Counted from the first letter of the stretch, positions 16,688-26,098 are shown. The stretch is 36,007 bases of DNA from Caldilineae bacterium (GCA_011176555.1 DUEF01000006.1:1-36007); one strand, 5' to 3'. Numbers and translations are program-made. Notes: a model not told the origin generated them from the sequence alone.

Positions 16688-17410
16688 ATGAATCTGAACC
16701 TACAGGAGACGCTTCGCCTCATTGGTCGCGGGCTGTTTTTGGAGCCTGACGCCTATGACGAAGCCGCCGAAAGTGACAATCCTTTTGTCGACGGCCTGTT
16801 TCTGGTCATCCTAATCGGAGTCGTTATCGCTATCGCCGGCGTCATTGGTCAGGCCATCGGTTGGGCCATGACGCCAGATCTGAGCGAAATCAAGCAGATC
16901 ATCTACGATGGTCTGTTGCAATCGCCCATGTTTGGCATGTTGCAGGAAAACGCAGACGCCATAGCGCAGTTCAAAGAGAGTTACGAGCAAGGCTGGCGGA
17001 TTGCCGAGTTTTTCAGTCCCAACATCACCAACATCTTTATCGGCCTGTTTTTGCGACCCCTGGGACTTCTCATCGCCTGGCTGTGGTTCGCCCTGATCGC
17101 ACACGGGGCGGCGAAGGCGTTGGGGGGCAATGGCAGTTTGCAGGAAACCCTGGGCGCTACGGCTTTGGCGCTGAGCCCGGCCTTGCTCCATGTCTTTGGC
17201 GTTTTGCCCACGATAACCGTCGCGGCCGTGGGCGTTTGGATTTTGTTGGCCCGCTATGTGGCGGTGCGTCGCGTGCATGAAAACCTGACCTGGGGACGCT
17301 CCCTGGCCGCTGTTGTGTCACCCATGATTTTGTCCTGGCTCTTGCTCATCGTATTGGGCGTGTTCGCCGCCTTCCTGATGAGCCTCTTTATCGGAGGTTT
17401 CGCATCATGA
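16688..17410 (+). CDS. Polytopic membrane protein, Yip1-domain-like
   Basis: 240 aa with about 5 hydrophobic spans after a short soluble N-terminus (LFLEPDAYDEAAESDNPFVDG), a layout typical of YIP1 family. The family call is tentative. Confidence 0.55.
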   Translation: MNLNLQETLRLIGRGLFLEPDAYDEAAESDNPFVDGLFLVILIGVVIAIAGVIGQAIGWAMTPDLSEIKQIIYDGLLQSPMFGMLQENADAIAQFKESYEQGWRIAEFFSPNITNIFIGLFLRPLGLLIAWLWFALIAHGAAKALGGNGSLQETLGATALALSPALLHVFGVLPTITVAAVGVWILLARYVAVRRVHENLTWGRSLAAVVSPMILSWLLLIVLGVFAAFLMSLFIGGFAS

Positions 17411-18171
17411 CGACTGCATCCCTTTCCTCTTGGATCAGCCTTGCCAAAGATGCCCTGACGCTCAAACCTGAACCCTTCCAGCGTCTTGCTTCCCCGCCCG
17501 CGTCTCTGCGCTCCGCCATCGCCATCGTGGTTGTCGTCGGTTTGCTGATCGGAGGCGTTCATGCCTTGGTGGGCATTCCGGGATTGGTGAGCGCACCGCA
17601 ATTCAACGCCGATGAATTCGTCGGGCAAATCGAAGAAAGCCTCTCGATGAGCCAGATGTTCGGAGGAGCACAGACGCCCGAGGAACAAGAAGCGATGGCC
17701 TTGATCCTCGAAAGCATCAGGCGTTTTGCGCCCACCATCGAAAAGCTGTCGCAAGTGCAAACGCCGCTACCAGGTTTCTTCGTGCGCTTGTTGCAATGGC
17801 TGGGCGATTGGCTGTCGAGACCTTTTGCCCGGCTAGCGAGTTGGCTTTTTATCTCGGTCTGGATCATGTTGTTCGCGCGTCTGCTCGGCGGCCAGGGCAA
17901 TCTCCTGCCCTACCTGTCCGCCTCTGCGCTCTCCACCATCCCGCATTTGCTCCACGCCTTCGATTTCATCCCCTGCCTGGGTGCGATTATCTGGCTGGTG
18001 GCGGGCGTGTGGGGACTGGTCATCCAGGTGAAGGCGGTCGAGATCACGCATGGGCTGAGTCAGGGAAAGTCGATCTTGGCGGTGGCGCTCCCTTATCTGC
18101 TCGTTTTCCTTTTAGCCGGTGTTCTGTTTCTGCTTTCCATCCTGCTCATCGCTTTTGGCGCCAACGCCTGA
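17407..18171 (+). CDS. Polytopic membrane protein, paralogous Yip1-like
   Basis: 254 aa with the same architecture as the preceding gene. Its start overlaps the previous stop (ATGA at 17407-17410). Confidence 0.5.
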   Translation: MTTASLSSWISLAKDALTLKPEPFQRLASPPASLRSAIAIVVVVGLLIGGVHALVGIPGLVSAPQFNADEFVGQIEESLSMSQMFGGAQTPEEQEAMALILESIRRFAPTIEKLSQVQTPLPGFFVRLLQWLGDWLSRPFARLASWLFISVWIMLFARLLGGQGNLLPYLSASALSTIPHLLHAFDFIPCLGAIIWLVAGVWGLVIQVKAVEITHGLSQGKSILAVALPYLLVFLLAGVLFLLSILLIAFGANA

Positions 18172-18190
18172 CAGACAGAAGAGCTAAATT

Positions 18191-19750
18191 TTGACCGCTT
18201 ACCCCAGTATTTTCAACGATGTCATCGGCCCGGTGATGCGTGGCCCCTCCAGTTCGCACTGCGCGGCGTCGCTGCGGATTGGCCGGCTGTGCCGCGACCT
18301 CATGGCGGGCGATATCCAGGTCCTTCATATCGAGTTCGATCCCAATGGTTCTCTGGCGGCGACGCACAAAAGCCAGGGAGCCGATATGGGACTGTTTGGC
18401 GGCATCCTGGGTTGGGAGGCGGATGATGAACGACTGCCGGACTACGAAGCGCATATCCGCAGGGCCGGCGTCACCGTCACGTTGGACATCGTTGACATTG
18501 GCGCCACGCATCCCAACACCTACAAGCTGACGCTGGAGAACGACCGGGAAAGGAGATCGTTGATCGCGCTCTCGGTGGGGGGCGGCATGATCGAGATCAT
18601 CGAACTCGAGGGCGCTGAAGTCTCGATCAAAGGCGATTGTTACGAAACGCTCGTCTTCACGGATGCGCCGGACGCGGCGATGGCGCTTCTGCAGCAAACG
18701 GCGGCTTTTGACGAAGTCAAGTGGCGGCAGGGGGAATCTTGTTTTGTCGAAGTGCGTTCGCAGCAACTTTTGCCCGACCAGGTCATTGCGCAACTGCGGG
18801 GCCTGCCGGCGGTTGCTGCGGTCAGACAACTGGCGCCCGTTCTGCCGATCTTGACGAGACGCGACCTCGAAGCGCCCTTCATCACGTGCGCCGAGATGTT
18901 GGCCTACAATGAAAATAGAGGGCTGGCGCTGTGGGAGCTTGCAGTCGAGTACGAGAGCGTCCGGGGCGACATTCCCCCCGCGGAAGTCTACGACCGCATG
19001 GCGGCAATCGTTGCCATCATGCGCGCCTCACTCGAGCAGGGCTTGCAGGGAACCGAGTACGCGGATCGGATTTTGGGTTGTCAATCGTTGCAGTACAAAG
19101 CGCAAATGGAAAATGGAAGACTCCTATCTGGTGACGTCCTCAACACGATTATCCTGTATGTGACGGCGATGATGGAAGTGAAGAGTGCGATGGGTGTGAT
19201 TGTGGCCGCGCCCACGGCGGGAGCTTGCGCCGCGCTGCCCGGAGCCGTTTTAGGCGCGGCGACCGCCTTGAATCTGCCTGAAGAGGAAGCTGTCCGGGCC
19301 ATGTTGGCGGCGGGGATGATCGGCGTCTTCATCGCGGCCCACGCCACATTCGCGGCCGAGGTGGGCGGCTGTCAGGCTGAAACCGGCTCTGGTGCGGGCA
19401 TGGCCGCCGCGGCCATCGTCAGTTTGGCGCATGGAACCCTGGCGCAGGCGCTTTCCGCGGCTTCGGTGGCGCTGCAAAACTCCTTTGGCCTGGTCTGCGA
19501 TCCGATTGCGAACCGTGTAGAAGCGCCCTGCCTGGGCAAAAACGTGATGGCGGCGACGAACGCCCTTTCCTGCGCCAATATGGCCCTGGCCGATTACGAC
19601 CACCTTATTCCGCTGGATGAAGTGATCGGAGCCATGTATGAGGTCGGGAAAAGCATCCCGGTCGAGCTCCGTTGCACCGGGCTCGGAGGTCTTTCGACCA
19701 CGAAAACGGCGAAACGGATAGAGGAAAATCTGCGGAGCATTACACCGTAG
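18191..19750 (+). CDS. sdaA: Iron-sulfur-dependent L-serine ammonia-lyase (L-serine dehydratase), fused beta+alpha form
   Basis: SIFNDVIGPVMRGPSSSHCAASLRIG at the N-terminus, then AAPTAGACAALPG and EVGGCQAETGSGAGMAA cysteine motifs of the alpha domain. TTG start. Confidence 0.85.
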   Translation: MTAYPSIFNDVIGPVMRGPSSSHCAASLRIGRLCRDLMAGDIQVLHIEFDPNGSLAATHKSQGADMGLFGGILGWEADDERLPDYEAHIRRAGVTVTLDIVDIGATHPNTYKLTLENDRERRSLIALSVGGGMIEIIELEGAEVSIKGDCYETLVFTDAPDAAMALLQQTAAFDEVKWRQGESCFVEVRSQQLLPDQVIAQLRGLPAVAAVRQLAPVLPILTRRDLEAPFITCAEMLAYNENRGLALWELAVEYESVRGDIPPAEVYDRMAAIVAIMRASLEQGLQGTEYADRILGCQSLQYKAQMENGRLLSGDVLNTIILYVTAMMEVKSAMGVIVAAPTAGACAALPGAVLGAATALNLPEEEAVRAMLAAGMIGVFIAAHATFAAEVGGCQAETGSGAGMAAAAIVSLAHGTLAQALSAASVALQNSFGLVCDPIANRVEAPCLGKNVMAATNALSCANMALADYDHLIPLDEVIGAMYEVGKSIPVELRCTGLGGLSTTKTAKRIEENLRSITP

Positions 19751-19760
19751 ACGACGCGAC

Positions 19761-19789
19761 TTGAAGTTTTTTTTCTTTTCGGTCATAAT
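19761..19789 (+). promoter_or_regulatory. Candidate sigma70-type promoter (TTGAAG-17-CATAAT) for the SNF2 operon
   Basis: Hexamers and 17-nt T-rich spacer read directly, located just after the sdaA stop. Confidence 0.35.
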
Positions 19790-19979
19790 AGGGCTGAGCA
19801 TTCTTGGTGATTGCGCCATCTTGTGATGATGGCGTTATCGGTGGAACTAGTCACTTACACAATCTGGTGTCCGTGGAAAGCGTGGTGTAGCCTGTGTCCA
19901 CGGTTTCCTCGTTTCCCCCGAAGCGCGGTGCGTTTGCTCAGTCGCACTCATTAAAACGCCATGCGCCGCGCCCTCGAGA

Positions 19980-22900
19980 ATGAGTTTGAACGTGATGCAA
20001 TCCACGACGTGGATAAACCACACCTCGCCGTTTGAAGATGCTGCATTTATGGTGATTCACCTACAGTGGCATCTGCCTGCGCGCACTGAGGATGAACCCT
20101 ATTTCCTCTTGTGGGGGGAGACTGCCGACGCGGAGCCGCCTAAACGACAACGGGGACGACTCGCGGCGAAGCCGCGTCCCAAACCGCATCCTTATGCTAT
20201 CCAGTCCCCAAGCCTTTTGCGTAGATTGCTTCAGCAATTCGATCCGACCCTCATTTCACAGGGGACAGAGACTCTGACTCTCCTTTTGCCTTCCACCCGA
20301 ACTGGGCCTTTGCCCAGCCCCGCGCTCATTCATCCCTGGGACATCGATCAGCAAGCGCCGAGGTTAGCGCCCTGGCAGATCACATCTCTGCGTCTGCCCT
20401 TATCCACTGCTACAGAATTGCTCAACAAAATCGACGCCTGCGAATGCCCGGAGCGCGTTGTGCTGGGGGTCGACATGCGCTACTGGCGGCAGGCATTCAA
20501 TTTGGTGCTGGAAGCCTTAACCCAGCAACTCTATGTGCCCGCCATTACGACTCAGGAATCTCAAGCGGACGTCTACGCGGCCACCTGGCAATTCGTATTC
20601 GACGCCTCACCCTTTCGAGAATCCCTGATCGCCATGGCTCAGGCGATGCCTCCACTCTGCCGGAGTGAAGTGACCGAAGAGGGAACAGAACGATCTGCTC
20701 TGACGTTGCTGAAAGCGTTCATTCAGTATACCGGCGATTACTTGATCCGCTCCTGGGGAGATAACGCCCCCCACCGCATAAGCTACCTCCATAATCACAA
20801 CAACACCACAACCTGGTTGAAATCCCTTTTAGCCGAGCCGACTATCCTGGACGCAAGCAGCCAAATGCGCAGTTTCGCCAGCGCTGTGCAGACCTGGCAA
20901 CAGAACCTGGCCCCGGCAGGCAGCGCGAACTACACCATCGCCTTACGCCTGGTTCCGCCCGCGCACAGTGACGACAACGGCCACCTGCACGTGCCAGAAG
21001 GGGGGTGGCGTCTGGAGTACATGCTGCAGGCGCGTGACGATCCGAATTTGCTCATACCGGCCAGCCTGGTGTGGCAAGCGCAGGATGAGAACCCGGTCTA
21101 TCAGCAGCGCCGATTCAAACGTCCGCAAGAGAAACTACTCAAGGCGTTGGGGCGAGCGGTTTACGTCTTTCCACCCATCGAACGCAGCCTGCAAGAGCCC
21201 ACCCCCACTGGCGTGGAACTGGCGACGACCGAAGTCTACCACTTTTTGCGCGAAGCGGCTCCGCTCCTGGAACAAAGCGGCTTTTCGCTGATTCTGCCCT
21301 CCTGGTGGGAAGAAGCGGGCGCCCGATTGGCCTTGCGACTCTTCCTCACGCCGCTCACGCCGAAACCGCCCGATCTCGTTAGCGATCCCGAAAGTGGAGA
21401 AAAGCCCATCGCCTATCGTTGGGAGTTGGTGCTGGGAGAAACAACACTCACGCAAGAAGCATTCGCCGATCTCGTTGCGCTGCGTTCACCGCTGGTGCAA
21501 AAGGGAAACCGTTGGCTGCGCCTGGATCCGGAACAAATCGAAGCAGCCAGACGTTTCTGGAAGCGCCACAGTTTTGAAGGGCGACTGGATCTTCAGCAAG
21601 CCTTGCGCGCTGCCCTGGGTTTAGATAAACACGTCGACATTGCTGGTCTGCCCATTTACAAAGTCATCGCCGAAGGCTGGCTGCCTGAGTTGATCAAGCG
21701 CCTGAGCGAGGGCGATGACCAGTTGCGAAATGCAGACCAACCCGCAGAATTGGCTGGAGAACTGCGCCCGTACCAACGTTTTGGCTACGCCTGGCTGCGT
21801 GCACATCGTCAACTGGGTCTGGGAGCCTGTTTGGCGGACGACATGGGCCTCGGCAAAACAATTCAAACGATCGCCCTGCTATTGCAAGAGCATGTGACGT
21901 TAAAGCGGAGCGCAGCGCCATCGCTGTTGGTTTGCCCGACCTCCCTACTGGGCAACTGGCGCCGTGAATTCGAGCGTTTTGCGCCCGATTTGCGGGTTTT
22001 CAGCCATTACGGAGCAGATCGGGCTGGTAAGGACGCCTTTGCCGCCAGCGTCTCTTCGTTCGATGTCATCCTCACCAGTTACACTTTAGCGCGGCGAGAC
22101 GCCGAGCTTTTCCATGATTTCCAATGGCATGGCCTTATACTCGACGAAGCGCAGAAGATCAAAAACCCAGACGCCCTCACGACGAAGGCCATCTACGTCA
22201 TCCCCTCCCAGTTTCGCATCGCCCTGACTGGCACCCCCGTTGAAAACCGCTTATCCGAACTTTGGTCGATTTTCCACTTCCTGAATCGGGGCTACCTGGG
22301 CAGTCTGTCCAGTTTTCGTAAGAATTTCGCCTTGCCCATCGAACGCTATCACGACCCGGTGGCTATGTCCCGCCTTCAGCGCATGGCTCGACCTTTCATC
22401 CTGCGCCGCCTCAAGAGCGATCCCGCCGTCATCCAGGACCTGCCGGAACGGTTGGATATGAAGGTGTACTGTACGTTGGCGCACGAACAGGCGGCGCTCT
22501 ATCAGGCTGTGGTGGAAGAAGGACTGCCGCGCATCGTCGATAGCCGGGGACGCGCCCGGCGCATACACGTCTTCAATTTACTCACCCGCCTGAAACAGAT
22601 CCTCAACCATCCCGATTTGTACCAACACCCACCTGAATCCGACTACCGGGCGTCCGTGCAAACATTGGCCGAACCTTTTGCCCAACGCAGCGGCAAACTC
22701 GATCGTCTCAGCGCCATGCTGGAAGAAGTCCTCGACATCGGAGACCGCTCGCTCATTTTCACGCAGTTCGCCGAAACCGGAAACCTGTTGACCACCTACC
22801 TACAAAAACGTTTCGATCACCCTGTGTTTTACATGCACGGCGGCGTCCCCACTAAAAAGCGACAAGAGATGGTGATGCGCTTCCAGGAAGATCCCAACGC

Positions 22901-23225
22901 CCCACACATCTTCGTTTTGACGTTGGGCACAGGGGGATTGGGCTTGAATCTGACCGCGGCCAACCATGTTTTCCACTTTGATCGTTGGTGGAACCCTGCG
23001 GTCGAGGATCAAGCCAGCGACCGCACCTATCGCATCGGCCAAACCCGCAACGTACAAATCCACAAATTCATCACGGCCGGCACGGTTGAAGAAGCCATCG
23101 ACGAAATGATAGAGCGCAAGCGTGGCCTGGCCGAGGCTATCGTTGGCGCTGGCGAGGGTTGGGTGGCGAATCTTTCCGACGACGAGTTGGCCGATCTCGT
23201 GCAATTGCGTAAGGATAGGATGTAA
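19980..23225 (+). CDS. SNF2/Rad54-family ATPase with ~560-aa N-terminal SNF2-associated region
   Basis: Helicase motifs: LADDMGLGKT (I), LILDEAQKIKN (II), LTGTPVENR (III), SLIFTQF, GGLGLNLTAANHVFHFDRWWNPAVEDQASDRTYRIGQ (V/VI). An alternative start ATG at 20049 (MVIHLQWH...) is plausible. Confidence 0.85.
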   Translation: MSLNVMQSTTWINHTSPFEDAAFMVIHLQWHLPARTEDEPYFLLWGETADAEPPKRQRGRLAAKPRPKPHPYAIQSPSLLRRLLQQFDPTLISQGTETLTLLLPSTRTGPLPSPALIHPWDIDQQAPRLAPWQITSLRLPLSTATELLNKIDACECPERVVLGVDMRYWRQAFNLVLEALTQQLYVPAITTQESQADVYAATWQFVFDASPFRESLIAMAQAMPPLCRSEVTEEGTERSALTLLKAFIQYTGDYLIRSWGDNAPHRISYLHNHNNTTTWLKSLLAEPTILDASSQMRSFASAVQTWQQNLAPAGSANYTIALRLVPPAHSDDNGHLHVPEGGWRLEYMLQARDDPNLLIPASLVWQAQDENPVYQQRRFKRPQEKLLKALGRAVYVFPPIERSLQEPTPTGVELATTEVYHFLREAAPLLEQSGFSLILPSWWEEAGARLALRLFLTPLTPKPPDLVSDPESGEKPIAYRWELVLGETTLTQEAFADLVALRSPLVQKGNRWLRLDPEQIEAARRFWKRHSFEGRLDLQQALRAALGLDKHVDIAGLPIYKVIAEGWLPELIKRLSEGDDQLRNADQPAELAGELRPYQRFGYAWLRAHRQLGLGACLADDMGLGKTIQTIALLLQEHVTLKRSAAPSLLVCPTSLLGNWRREFERFAPDLRVFSHYGADRAGKDAFAASVSSFDVILTSYTLARRDAELFHDFQWHGLILDEAQKIKNPDALTTKAIYVIPSQFRIALTGTPVENRLSELWSIFHFLNRGYLGSLSSFRKNFALPIERYHDPVAMSRLQRMARPFILRRLKSDPAVIQDLPERLDMKVYCTLAHEQAALYQAVVEEGLPRIVDSRGRARRIHVFNLLTRLKQILNHPDLYQHPPESDYRASVQTLAEPFAQRSGKLDRLSAMLEEVLDIGDRSLIFTQFAETGNLLTTYLQKRFDHPVFYMHGGVPTKKRQEMVMRFQEDPNAPHIFVLTLGTGGLGLNLTAANHVFHFDRWWNPAVEDQASDRTYRIGQTRNVQIHKFITAGTVEEAIDEMIERKRGLAEAIVGAGEGWVANLSDDELADLVQLRKDRM

Positions 23226-23228
23226 TCT

Positions 23229-24014
23229 GTGACACGCGAAAATGCCGTCAATTGGGCTGACGCCTGGATTGAAGCGCTGGAAGCCTTCTCTCAACCAGGG
23301 CGTATGCGTCGCGGGCGCCGGTTCGCAGCGCGCAACAAAATCCGTCGTCTGGAAATCAACCCCGGCGAAGTGCGCGCTAAAGTCAAGGATAGCGGAGAAA
23401 CCTACCAGGTGCACATTCGTGTCGAATTACTGGACGACGCCTCGTGGGAAAAGATCATCGACAAACTCGCTAGCCAGGCGCTCTACAGCGCCAAACTCCT
23501 TTCGGGAGAAATCCCTCCCGAGGTCATCGCCGTTTTCGACGAGGTCGGCGCTTCGCTTTTCCCTACAGACGAAGCTTTACATGCCAGTTGCACCTGTCCC
23601 GATTGGGAAGTTCCCTGCAAGCATGTTGCCGGCGTTTATTACCAACTGGCCGAAGAATTCGAGAAGAATCCTTTCTTGCTCTTTTATCTGCGCGGGCGGG
23701 GCAAAGAGGATTTTCTCTCCGCTCTGCGTCAGCAGCGCCAGGCCACCGACCGCGATATTCTCGATGATGAAGAAATTTTCCCATCACCGCCGCTCGCCGA
23801 AGTGCTCGACATCTTTTGGGACATCGGCCCTGGCATGGACGACATCCGTTTTCATATTGCCCCACCCGGCACTGCGCTCCCCCACCTCAAACGCCTTGGT
23901 CCTCCCCCCTTTACAAAACTCGACCTTGTCGACGTCCTTTCGCCCATCTACGACACCGTCACAGACACCGCACTAGACTGGGCATACCCCAAATCCCAAA
24001 AAGCACATGACTGA
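23229..24014 (+). CDS. SWIM zinc-finger family protein
   Basis: CTCPDWEVPCKHVAGV fits the CxCxnCxH SWIM signature. GTG start lies 3 nt after the SNF2 stop. Confidence 0.8.
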   Translation: MTRENAVNWADAWIEALEAFSQPGRMRRGRRFAARNKIRRLEINPGEVRAKVKDSGETYQVHIRVELLDDASWEKIIDKLASQALYSAKLLSGEIPPEVIAVFDEVGASLFPTDEALHASCTCPDWEVPCKHVAGVYYQLAEEFEKNPFLLFYLRGRGKEDFLSALRQQRQATDRDILDDEEIFPSPPLAEVLDIFWDIGPGMDDIRFHIAPPGTALPHLKRLGPPPFTKLDLVDVLSPIYDTVTDTALDWAYPKSQKAHD

Positions 24015-25818
24015 AACCGCCATCAAAGCCATCCAAGAGCAACTCTTCCGCCATTTCACCCGTTTCGATATCGCGGCGCTACGCGCCCTGCTGGAGATCG
24101 TGGGCCATCCCAATCCCAGCGCGCCCAGACGGGATGAAGCGATTTTTTATTTGATCGATCACCTCGGCAGTAAAGCGGCGTTACGCAAACTGTGGCCCAG
24201 GCTGGACCCGCTCACCCAACAATCGTTGAGCCTGACCGTTCACGCTACGGGAGGCGTCTACCAACCCGAAACCATACGCTTGCGTTATGGCAAAACACCC
24301 CCTGAACCGCAACGCTATTGGAGCGGCTACATTCCCACAGCGCTCGATCTTTTCCTAGACGAAGACAAAGTCATTCTCACGGAATTATTGCCCTTGCTGC
24401 GGGTGGTTGCGCCCAAACCAGAACCCTGGAAGATCCCCACCCAACCAGAACCCCCGCCCCGTTACGAATCCATTGGCTTTGAGCGCAGTCCGGATCCGGG
24501 CGTAGGCTTGCAAGATCTTTCCACCGTCCTGGCCTTGATCGGGCAGGAACGCATTCTGGTGAACGATCGCATGATCCCCACCTTCGACAGCATCCAACTG
24601 GTGCTCGACCGTCTGGTTGATGGCGATTTCAACGCCTTGGGGTCAGGCCAGGATCTGAGTGAAACCATCCGGCCTGTGGGGTTGGTGCGCTTCGCCCTGG
24701 GCAGCGGCATGGTTACACTGGGCGGACGCAGCGGTTACAACACCACGTTGCAGCTCAAACCCCTGGGCTGGGAATGGCTGGCGCATCCCAGCGCCGACCT
24801 CCTGCTCGATGCCCTGGAAACTTGGATGCACAGTGATTTCTACGATGAACTGGATCGGCTGACGCATTTGCGAGACGCCCAAAAACAGAGCGACGCCCGC
24901 ACGCCGCCCAGCAAGCGCCGGGACCGCATTCTCGAAGCTCTATCGTGGTGTCCGCAGGGCGCTTGGCTCAGCGTGGATGACTTCTTCCAGGCCATCAAAT
25001 TATGGCAATTCAATTTTGAGGTGGCGACCGACGGGACGCTGAACGCCATCGATGACAGCACCGGGCGCAAACTCAGCATCAGCGAACTCAAAGATCCCTG
25101 GCGAGCCGTGCAAGGTGCGTACATCCAGGTGATTTTGATGGAGATTCTGGGCAGCATCGGCGCGCTCGAATTGGCTTACACCGCGCCTCAGCACGCCCCG
25201 CCCTTCCTCGAAACCCCCACCGAAAGCTGGCAACGCCCAGTCCAACCTTACAGCCGCTACGACGGGCTCACGTACTTTCGTATCAACGATCTTGGCGCTT
25301 ATCTTTTTGGGCACACCAATCGCTATTCCATTCCCGCCGTCTGTACCGAGTCTATTTATTACATTGACGAAGATCTCGGATTTCATGCCGTTCGTAAAAC
25401 CCTGCGACCCTATCAAAAAGAAATTATCCCCTTGTTGGGTACACAGGGCAAGAGAAAAAGATATTACCTCGATAAGGCTTTCTGGCTGCGGGCGCAACAA
25501 ACCGAGGGAACATTGAAGGCTCGGCGCGAATTGTTGCAAGCGCGACATGATGGCCCTCTCTCTCCGGTCGTGGAAGATTGGCTTGACCAATGCCAGGCCG
25601 ATAGCACCGCGCTGCGCCGCGGACGCACTATGATCACCATTCAGGCGCGCAGGCCCGAAGTGCGCAACGCCATTCTCGAAGATCCCGAACTGCGTCGCTA
25701 CGCCCGCCTGCTCGATGACCGCACCCTGATCATTCCCAGTTCTCGCGAACACGCCTTTATGCGCAAGGTGTTGGAGTTGGGCTACGGTATGGTCGGGGGC
25801 AGTGTGGACAGCAAGTAG
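24007..25818 (+). CDS. Hypothetical 603-aa protein, possibly helicase-associated domain protein
   Basis: The ATG overlaps the SWIM stop by 8 nt (translational coupling). I recognise no catalytic motif. The C-terminal ARLLDDRTLIIPSSREHAFMRKVLELGYG is reminiscent of XPB-partner helicase-associated domains (weak recollection). Confidence 0.6.
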   Translation: MTETAIKAIQEQLFRHFTRFDIAALRALLEIVGHPNPSAPRRDEAIFYLIDHLGSKAALRKLWPRLDPLTQQSLSLTVHATGGVYQPETIRLRYGKTPPEPQRYWSGYIPTALDLFLDEDKVILTELLPLLRVVAPKPEPWKIPTQPEPPPRYESIGFERSPDPGVGLQDLSTVLALIGQERILVNDRMIPTFDSIQLVLDRLVDGDFNALGSGQDLSETIRPVGLVRFALGSGMVTLGGRSGYNTTLQLKPLGWEWLAHPSADLLLDALETWMHSDFYDELDRLTHLRDAQKQSDARTPPSKRRDRILEALSWCPQGAWLSVDDFFQAIKLWQFNFEVATDGTLNAIDDSTGRKLSISELKDPWRAVQGAYIQVILMEILGSIGALELAYTAPQHAPPFLETPTESWQRPVQPYSRYDGLTYFRINDLGAYLFGHTNRYSIPAVCTESIYYIDEDLGFHAVRKTLRPYQKEIIPLLGTQGKRKRYYLDKAFWLRAQQTEGTLKARRELLQARHDGPLSPVVEDWLDQCQADSTALRRGRTMITIQARRPEVRNAILEDPELRRYARLLDDRTLIIPSSREHAFMRKVLELGYGMVGGSVDSK

Positions 25819-25854
25819 CGCGTCCATCTCAAATCAATCATAGGAGTTTGTTTG

Positions 25855-26055
25855 ATGATGATAAAGGCCTCTTGCCCCTACTGCCACAACCGTTGGCTTC
25901 TTACCGACGAAACCATCGCCCTGGCAATCGAGAATAGCCCCAAGAAGGGGCGTAGCATCGGTGTGGAATGTCCGCGTTGCCGCAAACTTGTCAAGGTGGC
26001 GCGCCCCAAGCGTCCGCCGGCCCCGCCTCCGCAAGAAGAAGCGGAAGCAGGATAA
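25855..26055 (+). CDS. Small zinc-ribbon protein with Pro-rich acidic tail
   Basis: CPYC...18 residues...then CPRC form two CxxC pairs. AGGAG at 25842-25846 lies 8 nt before ATG 25855 (the ORF track begins at TTG 25852). Confidence 0.5.
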   Translation: MMIKASCPYCHNRWLLTDETIALAIENSPKKGRSIGVECPRCRKLVKVARPKRPPAPPPQEEAEAG

Positions 26056-26098
26056 AACGCAACCGCCTTCGGTCAACAGATGGTCGGGGGCGGTTTTA
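26054..26098. terminator. Possible bidirectional terminator in the convergent gap
   Basis: AACCGCC (26061-67) pairs with GGCGGTT (26089-95), flanked by AAAA upstream and TTTT downstream. The loop is long (21 nt), so confidence is modest. Confidence 0.35.

Noticed and set aside
19980-23225. Calling the SNF2 gene part of DISARM, Zorya or BREX
   Set aside because: None of the obligatory partners (DrmA/B/C or methylase, ZorAB, PglX/PglZ/BrxC) is present within the window, so it was kept as an uncharacterised module.
25000-25827. 275-aa minus-strand ORF opposite the 603-aa gene. The same applies to 22800-23414, 33585-34307, 241-960 and 15629-16117.
   Set aside because: All overlap better-supported genes on the other strand and have no motifs, no SD and shadow-frame composition.
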